Shown here piece after piece: positions 40,506 through 52,437 of a DNA stretch of 64,000 nucleotides (position 1 is its first letter; each line of letters opens with the position of its first letter). This stretch comes from Eledone cirrhosa (taxonomy: Eukaryota). The translations under genes and the position numbers were made by a program. Location: contig OZ024740.1 of the NCBI GenBank assembly GCA_964016885.1, positions 220,720,001 to 220,784,000 on the forward strand, read 5' to 3'. The notes under the pieces were generated by a model, which worked only from the letters and a program-made list of their open reading frames with translations, was not told where the DNA came from and searched no databases.

Positions 40506-42199
40506 TGGAATAAATGCTCTGAAATAGCGATATATATGTGAATATAGACATAGAATATTCGAAAATATTCTGTATGTTTATAATAAACATTTTGAAGACC
40601 TAATCGCTATAGAATAGAATACGTCACGTATTACAATTAGATTCTCGATAAAAGCAAGGGAAGTAATCTACGCGTTTCATTCTCGTTAGAAATCATCAGG
40701 ACTACATATCCAGTGCTTTTATCGAGAATGACACAGCTAGAGACTTATAGAATACTTAGCTGTGTACAGGAACTGGTTTGAAAGAGCGGTTGCCGGTCCG
40801 GCAGAAATTAGAAATTGGAATAAATGCTCTGAAATAGCGATATATATGTGAATATAGACATAGAATATTCGAAAATATTCTGTATGTTTATAATAAACAT
40901 TTTGAAGACCTAATCGCTATAGAATAGAATACGTCACGTATTACAATTAGATTCTCGATAAAAGCAAGGGAAGTAATCTACGCGTTTCATTCTCGTTAGA
41001 AATCATCAGGACTACATATCCAGTGCTTTTATCGAGAATGACACAGCTAGAGACTTATAGAATACTTAGCTGTGTACAGGAACTGGTTTGAAAGAGCGGT
41101 TGCCGGTCCGGCAGAAATTAGAAATTGGAATAAATGCTCTGAAATAGCGATATATATGTGAATATAGACATAGAATATTCGAAAATATTCTGTATGTTTA
41201 TAATAAACATTTTGAAGACCTAATCGCTATAGAATAGAATACGTCACGTATTACAATTAGATTCTCGATAAAAGCAAGGGAAGTAATCTACGCGTTTCAT
41301 TCTCGTTAGAAATCATCAGGACTACATATCCAGTGCTTTTATCGAGAATGACACAGCTAGAGACTTATAGAATACTTAGCTGTGTACAGGAACTGGTTTG
41401 AAAGAGCGGTTGCCGGTCCGGCAGAAATTAGAAATTGGAATAAATGCTCTGAAATAGCGATATATATGTGAATATAGACATAGAATATTCGAAAATATTC
41501 TGTATGTTTATAATAAACATTTTGAAGACCTAATCGCTATAGAATAGAATACGTCACGTATTACAATTAGATTCTCGATAAAAGCAAGGGAAGTAATCTA
41601 CGCGTTTCATTCTCGTTAGAAATCATCAGGACTACATATCCAGTGCTTTTATCGAGAATGACACAGCTAGAGACTTATAGAATACTTAGCTGTGTACAGG
41701 AACTGGTTTGAAAGAGCGGTTGCCGGTCCGGCAGAAATTAGAAATTGGAATAAATGCTCTGAAATAGCGATATATATGTGAATATAGACATAGAATATTC
41801 GAAAATATTCTGTATGTTTATAATAAACATTTTGAAGACCTAATCGCTATAGAATAGAATACGTCACGTATTACAATTAGATTCTCGATAAAAGCAAGGG
41901 AAGTAATCTACGCGTTTCATTCTCGTTAGAAATCATCAGGACTACATATCCAGTGCTTTTATCGAGAATGACACAGCTAGAGACTTATAGAATACTTAGC
42001 TGTGTACAGGAACTGGTTTGAAAGAGCGGTTGCCGGTCCGGCAGAAATTAGAAATTGGAATAAATGCTCTGAAATAGCGATATATATGTGAATATAGACA
42101 TAGAATATTCGAAAATATTCTGTATGTTTATAATAAACATTTTGAAGACCTAATCGCTATAGAATAGAATACGTCACGTATTACAATTAGATTCTCGAT
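40501..42199 (-). repeat. Left arm of the 310-bp retrozyme-like array (5 full + 1 partial units; ribozyme strand minus)
   Basis: Units start at 40501, 40811, 41121, 41431, 41741, 42051; no differences seen between copies. Confidence 0.97.
40663..40705 (-). ncRNA. Minimal type I hammerhead ribozyme (first of 5 minus-strand copies, every 310 bp to 41903-41945)
   Basis: Same motif on the minus strand; predicted cleavage between 40669 and 40668. Confidence 0.85.
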
Positions 42200-44908
42200 C
42201 CTGTACACAGCTAAGTATTCTATAAGTCTCTAGCTGTGTCATTCTCGATAAAAGCACTGGATATGTAGTCCTGATGATTTCTAACGAGAATGAAACGCGT
42301 AGATTACTTCCCTTGCTTTTATCGAGAATCTAATTGTAATACGTGACGTATTCTATTCTATAGCGATTAGGTCTTCAAAATGTTTATTATAAACATACAG
42401 AATATTTTCGAATATTCTATGTCTATATTCACATATATATCGCTATTTCAGAGCATTTATTCCAATTTCTAATTTCTGCCGGACCGGCAACCGCTCTTTC
42501 AAACCAGTTCCTGTACACAGCTAAGTATTCTATAAGTCTCTAGCTGTGTCATTCTCGATAAAAGCACTGGATATGTAGTCCTGATGATTTCTAACGAGAA
42601 TGAAACGCGTAGATTACTTCCCTTGCTTTTATCGAGAATCTAATTGTAATACGTGACGTATTCTATTCTATAGCGATTAGGTCTTCAAAATGTTTATTAT
42701 AAACATACAGAATATTTTCGAATATTCTATGTCTATATTCACATATATATCGCTATTTCAGAGCATTTATTCCAATTTCTAATTTCTGCCGGACCGGCAA
42801 CCGCTCTTTCAAACCAGTTCCTGTACACAGCTAAGTATTCTATAAGTCTCTAGCTGTGTCATTCTCGATAAAAGCACTGGATATGTAGTCCTGATGATTT
42901 CTAACGAGAATGAAACGCGTAGATTACTTCCCTTGCTTTTATCGAGAATCTAATTGTAATACGTGACGTATTCTATTCTATAGCGATTAGGTCTTCAAAA
43001 TGTTTATTATAAACATACAGAATATTTTCGAATATTCTATGTCTATATTCACATATATATCGCTATTTCAGAGCATTTATTCCAATTTCTAATTTCTGCC
43101 GGACCGGCAACCGCTCTTTCAAACCAGTTCCTGTACACAGCTAAGTATTCTATAAGTCTCTAGCTGTGTCATTCTCGATAAAAGCACTGGATATGTAGTC
43201 CTGATGATTTCTAACGAGAATGAAACGCGTAGATTACTTCCCTTGCTTTTATCGAGAATCTAATTGTAATACGTGACGTATTCTATTCTATAGCGATTAG
43301 GTCTTCAAAATGTTTATTATAAACATACAGAATATTTTCGAATATTCTATGTCTATATTCACATATATATCGCTATTTCAGAGCATTTATTCCAATTTCT
43401 AATTTCTGCCGGACCGGCAACCGCTCTTTCAAACCAGTTCCTGTACACAGCTAAGTATTCTATAAGTCTCTAGCTGTGTCATTCTCGATAAAAGCACTGG
43501 ATATGTAGTCCTGATGATTTCTAACGAGAATGAAACGCGTAGATTACTTCCCTTGCTTTTATCGAGAATCTAATTGTAATACGTGACGTATTCTATTCTA
43601 TAGCGATTAGGTCTTCAAAATGTTTATTATAAACATACAGAATATTTTCGAATATTCTATGTCTATATTCACATATATATCGCTATTTCAGAGCATTTAT
43701 TCCAATTTCTAATTTCTGCCGGACCGGCAACCGCTCTTTCAAACCAGTTCCTGTACACAGCTAAGTATTCTATAAGTCTCTAGCTGTGTCATTCTCGATA
43801 AAAGCACTGGATATGTAGTCCTGATGATTTCTAACGAGAATGAAACGCGTAGATTACTTCCCTTGCTTTTATCGAGAATCTAATTGTAATACGTGACGTA
43901 TTCTATTCTATAGCGATTAGGTCTTCAAAATGTTTATTATAAACATACAGAATATTTTCGAATATTCTATGTCTATATTCACATATATATCGCTATTTCA
44001 GAGCATTTATTCCAATTTCTAATTTCTGCCGGACCGGCAACCGCTCTTTCAAACCAGTTCCTGTACACAGCTAAGTATTCTATAAGTCTCTAGCTGTGTC
44101 ATTCTCGATAAAAGCACTGGATATGTAGTCCTGATGATTTCTAACGAGAATGAAACGCGTAGATTACTTCCCTTGCTTTTATCGAGAATCTAATTGTAAT
44201 ACGTGACGTATTCTATTCTATAGCGATTAGGTCTTCAAAATGTTTATTATAAACATACAGAATATTTTCGAATATTCTATGTCTATATTCACATATATAT
44301 CGCTATTTCAGAGCATTTATTCCAATTTCTAATTTCTGCCGGACCGGCAACCGCTCTTTCAAACCAGTTCCTGTACACAGCTAAGTATTCTATAAGTCTC
44401 TAGCTGTGTCATTCTCGATAAAAGCACTGGATATGTAGTCCTGATGATTTCTAACGAGAATGAAACGCGTAGATTACTTCCCTTGCTTTTATCGAGAATC
44501 TAATTGTAATACGTGACGTATTCTATTCTATAGCGATTAGGTCTTCAAAATGTTTATTATAAACATACAGAATATTTTCGAATATTCTATGTCTATATTC
44601 ACATATATATCGCTATTTCAGAGCATTTATTCCAATTTCTAATTTCTGCCGGACCGGCAACCGCTCTTTCAAACCAGTTCCTGTACACAGCTAAGTATTC
44701 TATAAGTCTCTAGCTGTGTCATTCTCGATAAAAGCACTGGATATGTAGTCCTGATGATTTCTAACGAGAATGAAACGCGTAGATTACTTCCCTTGCTTTT
44801 ATCGATCTAATTGTAATACGTGACGTATTCTATTCTATAGCGATTAGGTCTTCAAAATGTTTATTATAAACATACAGAATATTTTCGAATATTCTATGTC
44901 TATATTCA
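42200..44908 (+). repeat. Right arm of the 310-bp array, inverted (7 full + 2 partial units; ribozyme strand plus)
   Basis: Reverse complement of the left-arm unit with period 310; last copy has a 3-bp deletion near 44805. Confidence 0.97.
42265..42307 (+). ncRNA. Minimal type I hammerhead ribozyme (first of 9 plus-strand copies, every 310 bp to 44745-44787)
   Basis: GUAGUC-CUGAUGA-U-UUCU-AACG-AGAA-U-GAAA-CGCGU-A^GAUUAC: stem I GUAGUC/GAUUAC, stem II UUCU/AGAA, short palindromic stem III ACGCGU, GUA cleavage site after 42301. Confidence 0.85.
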
Positions 44909-45908
44909 TATATATATATATTATTTATTCTTTCCCATTAAAATTATTATAAAAATAATAATCATGTATAACTATTAACATTTTTTTTAGAGAAGGGTCT
45001 CAGCAGGTGAAAGTCCAGACCTGCGTTCAGATGCTTTGTCTGATGCTAACCTATACTCACATGGCTGTCTGATTTAGATGTTTGCAACACAACTATGTGG
45101 TTTTGGGTTCCATCCTACTGTGAGGCATATTAGTTTTCTACTATAGCCTTGAACTGACTAATGCTTTGTGAACAAATTTGGTAGATGGAATCTGTAAGGA
45201 AGTTCACCATCTATATATATATATGAGTGAGTTTAGCACATATGTCTTTATATCAATAATGTTTAAAGCAGCCTGTTACATTTGTTTATATCATGATGTC
45301 AGGAAGGGGATCTCGTTATAGAAATACTTCTTCAAAAACATCTTCTCCAACCCATGCCAGATGTAAAAACAATGGTGATGTTGAAACTCGACTGTTTTAT
45401 AAATATGTACATTTGATAATGTTGTCCAAGATTCACTGTGCCTAATGAAAAGATAGGAGGGAATGTTTTGGATCATAAGCCTGCTCAATCTGGGCTGACC
45501 TAGGGCTAAATAATAATTTTAGGGTCCTTATCATTTTTCTTACTGTCTTTCATTAACCATTAACAGAGAAAAATATCCCCTAATTCTTATTACTTTTTTT
45601 TTTACAAAATATTTTTTCAATTAGTAATTTACAATATATTACAGTAATACCCCAGTTAGTACTCTAGATACGTTTGTAAAAATACAGTGATATACTGGGT
45701 CATTATAATATAACACAAAAAAACCCCACAGCTTGATTGGCTATTTTTAGTAACAATGTAGATACAAATACAGCTGATAGATATCAACAAAAAATTGAAA
45801 AATCTAGAAACTTGTTGCACTCTTCAAGAATTTAATAATTTTAGATATCCTCAAACAATGTGATGTCATACTTTGTGATCTACAATTATGATAAAATTAG
45901 AACATATG

Positions 45909-46240
45909 AAGTGGAACCTCGGTTCACGAACTTAATTTGTTCCTGAAGGCTGTTTGGCAGCTAAAACGTTCATAAACCAAATCTATTTTTTCCATACAAA
46001 ATGTTGAGAGAGAAATAGAGTGAAAGAGAAACTGTGTGTGAAAGACAGACATCACTATAGTAACTACACATCAAGTGACGCTTTCCCGCCAAAACTCCAA
46101 GCTTGTCGGCAACCGTTGTTGCCGGGTTGTGTTCGTTACTCAAAATACTGTTTGTAAACCGAGATGTTTTATGTTCGGAAAAACTTTTCATTAGCCAATT
46201 TGATCACGATGAGAGGAGTTCATGAACCAAGGTTCGACTG
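45909..46240. mobile_element. Tigger-type MITE
   Basis: TIRs AGTGGAACCTCGGTTCACGAAC / GTTCATGAACCAAGGTTCGACTG followed by TA. Confidence 0.7.
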
Positions 46241-46439
46241 TATCATCATCATCGTTTAACGTCCATCTTCCACGCTAGCTTGGGTTAGACGGGGATTGTC
46301 CCACTTGAGGCAAGATTAGTCAGGTGACTGTGTCTCGCTCGTATAGGACTGTATGTATATATATATTGCACAAATAAAATGCTATAGTGATTCAGCATCA
46401 AACATAGAGTGAGGTATTACTATGGTTAACTAGTTAAGG

Positions 46440-46917
46440 GACGCAGCTATCTATTTAAAGTTGTATATAGCTATGGTGCGGCCACACTCAGAATTTGCCT
46501 CACCAACCTGGAACCCCTATCTTGCTCAGAATATTGATGATCTGGAAACTGTTCAGAGACGTGCAATCAAACAAATACTCTATCAGGCATCTATCATACT
46601 CTGAACGCTTTGCTTCCCAGGGCATAGATACATTAAAGCTCCAACGTCTGGCAACTGACTTGGTAGACACCCACAAGATTGTTAACCATCTTTCCAACAA
46701 CAACCCTGAGTACTTTTTTGAATTCCATGTGTCTAACACCCATGGACATGCTGACAAAATCAGAAAACAGTACAGCTCCCATGACATTTATAAACATTTT
46801 TTCACACTCAGAGTTGCTGAAGCATGGAACAAACTACCTGCATTAGTTGTTAGCTGTCGGGACACTGCATCCTTCAAAACTTCCATGCTTCCTGAAACTC
46901 GCCAACATTACACCTGA
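46440..46917 (+). mobile_element. CR1/L2-like LINE 3' fragment
   Basis: LYIAMVRPHSEF.., LSYSERF, HFFTLRVAEAWNKLP motifs. Confidence 0.8.
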
Positions 46918-47259
46918 TACCCTCCCCCCATACACATGTACACATGTATGTATGTGTGTCTCTGTGTATACCATAACTCATACACTGTTCACTTTCCTGA
47001 CATTTCTACATTATTCTATGTACTACACATGCACCTTTGATGAGTGTAGTGTACCTAAGCATTGTACACAATCATTTTCATTATTATTTTTATTTTTTTA
47101 AAACTGTGCTACTTACAAACAACAAATTCCGGTCATCCACAAGGTTCGACACCAAATTTTCCCATACCTTAAAAAAAAAAGAATTTTTAAATACACATAT
47201 ATATATAATCCATAAATATCATCATCATCATTTTACGTTCGCTTAAGAGAAGACTGCAT

Positions 47260-47875
47260 TGGTACAGACACATGGGCAGAAGTGGTGAAAGAGACAAATG
47301 GAGGGACTTGTCCAACCAATGAAAATATGTAAAAATGGACATAGATACTGCTCTGTGTGCATGAAAGGAGTAGGTAAAAACTCAATCCTGTGTCCTAAAT
47401 ACAAATTATGGATACACAAGAGGTGTAGTGGGAAATCACACTAGTAAAGAACATAGACTTCATATGTGGACGTTACACAGGAGCAGTAAGCAAAAACCAT
47501 CAGGAAACAAGCTCTTTTAAACGCACAGAAGATTCCATAGAACTAGTTGATAGTTTCTGCTATTTCGAAAACTAAATCAGCAGTGGAGGTGGATGCACAG
47601 AAAGTACAGTTACCAGAGTAAGGACGAGTTGGAAAAAGTTCAGGGAGCCTCTGCTGCTGCTAGCTAATAAAGGTTAAGATAAAAGGCAAAGTATATGATG
47701 CCTGTGTGCGAACAGCAATGTTACATGCAAGCGAAACCTCTCAGAAACCAAGCCAGAAACAGTTCTGTATGAGCAAAACATGGTTAACTGATCTTGCATG
47801 TCTGAAAGGGACAACTCATCTAACCTTTGTTAGCATGGAAAAATGGATGTTAAACAGTGATGATGATGATGATGA
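47260..47875 (+). mobile_element. Older degenerate RTE fragment (PHD region to tail)
   Basis: GVGKNSILCPKYKLWIHKRCSG-like segment, GGGCTEST segment, (ATG)n tail. Confidence 0.75.
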
Positions 47876-49569
47876 CACCATAAATTAGCTCAAGATCTGA
47901 AATGATTGTGCCAATCCACTTTTTAGGCTGCTTACCTCACTTCATACATTTCTCCTGGTGATTACAATTAAATTAAACTGAAAGAAATTGAGTCTTTTTT
48001 TTAAATTTGCTCTTGTCAACATGGGTAGGTTTGCAATCACAATCCACTCTCCTGGCATTATTTACTTTTGTGGGAAGTCATAAGCCCAACAGTAAGTCAG
48101 CAGAATTATTTTGATTTCTTCTAATTACAGCAAGTCTTTCCATCCACAACATCAGCATGGTTGATTAATCCACAGAACAGTGATCCCAAGTATATGAATT
48201 TTGCATTAAGTGATAACATGCACACCACTGAATGCAAACATATATAAGGTATCGAATGTACAAGGTGAGTTATGGTGAAATTTCCTACAACAAACAGGTT
48301 GCTAAAAGCATTTCATCCATATTCACAATGGAATGAGAAGCTACTGAGGGTTCACATGGCATAGTTGACAAGAAACACACAAGGAAAAAAAAAACTCATC
48401 ATTGTTTTTCTTTTACAAACATAAAACATGACAAAATCAATCAAACTTCCAGTGTAATTTTACCCAATTTTACTATCTAGGTCATGCAACCATTACCTTC
48501 TTCATTTTATACCTACTTTACATTCCAGCATGGGTGGGAAAACTGCAACTAGCTTGTACATATAATGGTAAATACAATGTCTATACCCGGTTCTTCCCCC
48601 AAACACCTTTTATAGCATGTTTGTGTATTTTGTCAGATGTTGCATAATTTAGGCTAACTTGGATATCCTGATATAGTTCAATGTTTAAGCTTGTCCCAAG
48701 CTCAGTCTCATCAGGGTGGTGTTCATCACAGTTTCATTAGTGTTAAGTGACTGAGAGTACAGTCCATTGCAGGGTTAACTATCGGCTACTGGTACTCATT
48801 TCTTTCAGCTGAGTGAACAAACTAAGATCACCAATACTAAACTTCATCACCATCATCACAGTTTCATGTCCATTTTCCAAGCTAGCATGGGTTAGATGAG
48901 TTGTCCCCTTGTGAGACAAGCCAAGTCAGATTACCATACCTGAGTCAGTAGAAAGTCAGAATATTTGCTTCAGTATTTGTTTTAGCTCTCTGCACTCTTG
49001 AGTTCAAATCTTGTCATGGTCAACTTTGTATTTCATTCATCCAGGATTGACAAATAATGTACCAGGGGCAGTGGATTGGCAGAATTGTCAAAGAGTGAGA
49101 TGAGATGCTTTGTGGTATCTGTTCCAACTGTGTATTCTGATTTCAATCCTGACTCTTGTCACCAGAAAAGTAGCAACGCATCTGCCAAAAGTTGTGACTG
49201 GCAGATAGTATTAGCAATGGAAATAGTTTCCTTGGTTCGATCTGACGATCAGCTCCATTATCATCCAGTGTTGACCTCGGGCGGAAAGTGAATACAATAT
49301 CATCTCTGCATTTAGATGATAAGTTGTGTATATGTATATATATACGTTACAAAGTGTTGGTGCCACAATAAAATGCACCCAGTTCACTCCCTTAAGAGGT
49401 TAGTGTTAGGAAGAGCATCAAGACGTAGAAATCATGCCAAAATATAAACGTATGAACAAGACATGGTTATTCGACCATGTATTATCTCAGATCGTGATGA
49501 ATCGTTCAACCTATGCCAAGATGTAGAATGACAAATATTATAAGACAAACTTACCATTATTGTAGGAAT

Positions 49570-49669
49570 TTATGCAAGTGCTTCTGTTTTGATAGACGCA
49601 TCGTAAGAGCTTATCACACGTGCCAAATAGACAGCGCCTCCAAACACAGCCAAACTCTTCACGATTTGC
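49570..49669 (-). CDS. TOMM6: Tom6-like, coding exon 2 (72-aa protein in total)
   Basis: (W)QIVKSLAVFGGAVYLARVISSYDASIKTEALA*; single TM segment resembles Tom6 (human NLGLFAAGVWLARNL). A GTAAG donor 15 nt after the stop indicates a 3'UTR intron. Confidence 0.72.
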
Positions 49670-50087
49670 CTTTAAATGAGAACAAAATGAAAATTTACAT
49701 TTAAAATGCTTATAGATACTTTTTCCTTTTACACTTAATTTTCTCTAAACTGACAAAAACAATATTTATTCCACCGTTGGTCGCTCCCGACTCTACTCTA
49801 TAGGATTATAAAAGCACATTATCATAAAAAGTTCAAAATAACACAAGAAGCATAAAGAAGCGAAATTTCAGTATAATCCAAAAATGATAATTGCAAGAAA
49901 AACAATCTTAAGGCTAGGGAGACAACTCTGATTGGGTTTATGAGAAGGTCTGTCCACATTAAAAACAAAATAGTAAACATTTAGTTCTCTATTATTTATA
50001 AAATTAACCAATTCAACACCAAACCTCTACCTGTCAAATTTGAAAATATATTGTACGAAAGATATTAGATTGCACCGGGTAAACATT

Positions 50088-50270
50088 GGTGGATTGGCAA
50101 CGGTAGAGAGTCGGACACCATGCTTTGAAGCATAGAGTTACGTCCCTTTATGATCTGAGTTCAAATCCCGCCGAGGTTAACTTTGCCTTTTATCCTTACG
50201 GGGTGATAAAATAAAGTACCAGTAATGTACTGAGTAATTGCTGGCCTTGTGCCTAAAGTAGAAACAATTA
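50088..50270 (+). mobile_element. tRNA-derived SINE (many copies, e.g. 1532-1722 -, 3777-3970 -, 11425-11690 -, 13628-13850 +)
   Basis: Pol III B-box-like GAGTTCAAATCC; conserved tail GGCCTTGTGCCTAAAGTAGAAACAATTA recurring across the window. Confidence 0.8.
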
Positions 50271-52110
50271 AGTTAGTCATATTACAAAATCTCTTAATTC
50301 TCGATTGTTTCCCCTTTATACGCTTTCATCATACATTATTGGGATGAAAAATACAATGAAACATTGTTTATAATAAAGTCTTACCATTAAATAAAAGAAA
50401 TAAGTGTTGTTACAGTTTAAGGCAGTTGTAGTTGAGTATGTGTGACGTCCGAACGAGTATTCTCCACCTCCAAATAATTTACCCTGCTCTCTTTGTCCCG
50501 GCCAACAGGATGGAGAATATATAGCCCCGGAAAACGGTGAAAGATGCTTTGGAATAGCCACTCCACTTCACGGGTGAGCACCTACGGGTAGCCAACTCCG
50601 CTCCGTTAACAGCGAGCAGGGAGGTGGTTCGGGGGCCAAGAACACAGGAAGTCCACACTACTACATTATTGAGATTGCGTTTGAGTGTGAGAGAATGTGT
50701 CAACATTTCTTGTCAGAATATTTAATAGGACTAAAACTTTATGTAGAAATATTTCTCAATATAACTCTCTGATAGCTAGAAAAAAAAAAGTAAATTATCA
50801 GGTTCAATAGAAAGACAAGGGACAACTCAAAGTTTGTTGTATCTATTTAACAGAAGTAAAATAAAATATTGGCAATAGAATTTTGCTCTTTGGTAAACCA
50901 TGTTAAGATCAGACAACCTCTGGTAATTTTCGCAAGTGAAAATGACAAAAAGCAATTGTATTTTCTATCCAGTGATAAACAGGCGAACTCCAGAGTAACA
51001 AGACTCACTATTTAGCTATAATAAATATTAAAACTCTGCTTCGGTATTGCTTCTTGTCTCTCAGCCGTCAACCACATACGGATATATATACATATATATA
51101 GTTTACTGCTCCTATCTGACTTTGTTTACTCATAATTTTTTTAACAATGCGTATTTTGCAAAGATACATTTTCGAAGGTATAGATCGCGATTATATTTAC
51201 AATATAAAATTTCTAAAACAAAACTATCAAGTTCACTTATGTAAATTACCGGATTTTAAAACTAAGGGTTACCTGCTTATTTTTGTATGGACTTTCTTCA
51301 AGGGTAATTTTGTTTTTGCAATTCGTTTGCACGCATTTGCATAACCTGATTGTTTTGTTTCATACCTAACAAACATAAATTTAATTCCCACGCTAAATAT
51401 AACCTTTGACCTTGAGGGGAATACTAATCCTCGAATTCCTTATGTAACATATCTTCCTTCAGAAAAGAAAAGAAAAGAAAATTGGACCCCCCCCCCACCA
51501 CAGCCAATGCGTGCATGCGTTAGAGACATTAATTTCAGTTACATTTTGCTTTTTGTCTAATATAGACCTGCCAACCTCTAAAAACCCGAACGGGGAGTAC
51601 CATAAAAATGGTCCCAAAACGGGCAGATTTTATGTAATGAAAGCTATACCCATTTTCACAAAAGAAGACATCTCTTACATACTACAAAGTGGGTGGGAGA
51701 TCTCCGGGTCGGACGGGGAGAGTTGACAGGTCTGTTAATAAAATGATAAATACTGTCTATCGAGTTCATCGATATTGCATAAGCATTCTCGATACTAATG
51801 ATTAATGATAGGTCAATAAAAATAAATTCTTTCGACGTTAAATAAATGATCAGGGTTATTTGCAATGTAACAACGGGTGCTCTTCAGGGATTTAGCGAAC
51901 CAGAAACCGAGGATAAACACACACAAAATATAGGGAATTCTCGGGTGAAGGTATAAATAAAAAAAAGATTACCTTATTCCTGATGAAACCACCAAATTAT
52001 AAAAATAAGAATTTCTGATGTCATAACGGCAAAAAAAAAATACACGTGAGAACACAAATTAATATCCGAACCCCAGTTACAAGCGAAAATAATAAAAAAA
52101 AAATACAAAC

Positions 52111-52229
52111 CACTTGAGAGGATCTGTCCAAAAACTTTTCACAAAGTCAAGCACTCCTGTAGGACCAGTAGGCCCTTCAATCTTTTTGGAATTAGGTCCA
52201 GAACCAAAATCCATACTTGAGAAATCCAT
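52111..52229 (-). CDS. TOMM6: Tom6-like mitochondrial import receptor subunit, coding exon 1
   Basis: ATG at 52229; MDFSSMDFGSGPNSKKIEGPTGPTGVLDFVKSFWTDPLK + TG, then GT donor; phase 2 fits exon 2. Confidence 0.72.
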
Positions 52230-52429
52230 TTTGCTCTGCTATGGCAATAACGTCTGTTGTAGTCTCGCAGTTTTGCTAAAATATAAATAAAGAAATAATA
52301 ATGGTTGAATACAGGATTTTAAATTAAATATTTAAAATACATTAAGAATTCATTAAATAATTTATATGAATTAATAATTTATTAATTATTTAATGTTTTA
52401 AACAATACATACAATAGGCGAAGTAATAA

Positions 52430-52437
52430 CCGGAAGT
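52430..52437 (+). promoter_or_regulatory. ETS/GABP-type motif CCGGAAGT about 200 bp upstream of the Tom6-like ATG
   Basis: Exact motif in otherwise very AT-rich flank; such sites are typical of nuclear-encoded mitochondrial gene promoters (function inferred). Confidence 0.35.

Noticed and set aside
40501-44908. CRISPR array or ordinary satellite interpretation of the 310-bp repeats
   Set aside because: No unique spacers and the context is eukaryotic; the intact ribozyme motif and TA-target insertion argue against plain satellite DNA.
50440-50665. RNase MRP/P or U17 assignment for the GC island
   Set aside because: Lacks the GAAAGUCCCC or GAAGGUCUGAG CR-I motif and the U17 m1/m2 motifs; left as an unassigned candidate.
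51563-51734. Possible MITE with TIRs AGACCTGCCAAC / GTTGACAGGTCT
   Set aside because: TIRs are plausible, but there is no clean TSD or second copy in the window.
51970-52010. CTGATGA as a hammerhead core
   Set aside because: No GAAA or stems in register. The same holds for 29394-29400, 35860-35866, 48708-48714 and 60438-60444.
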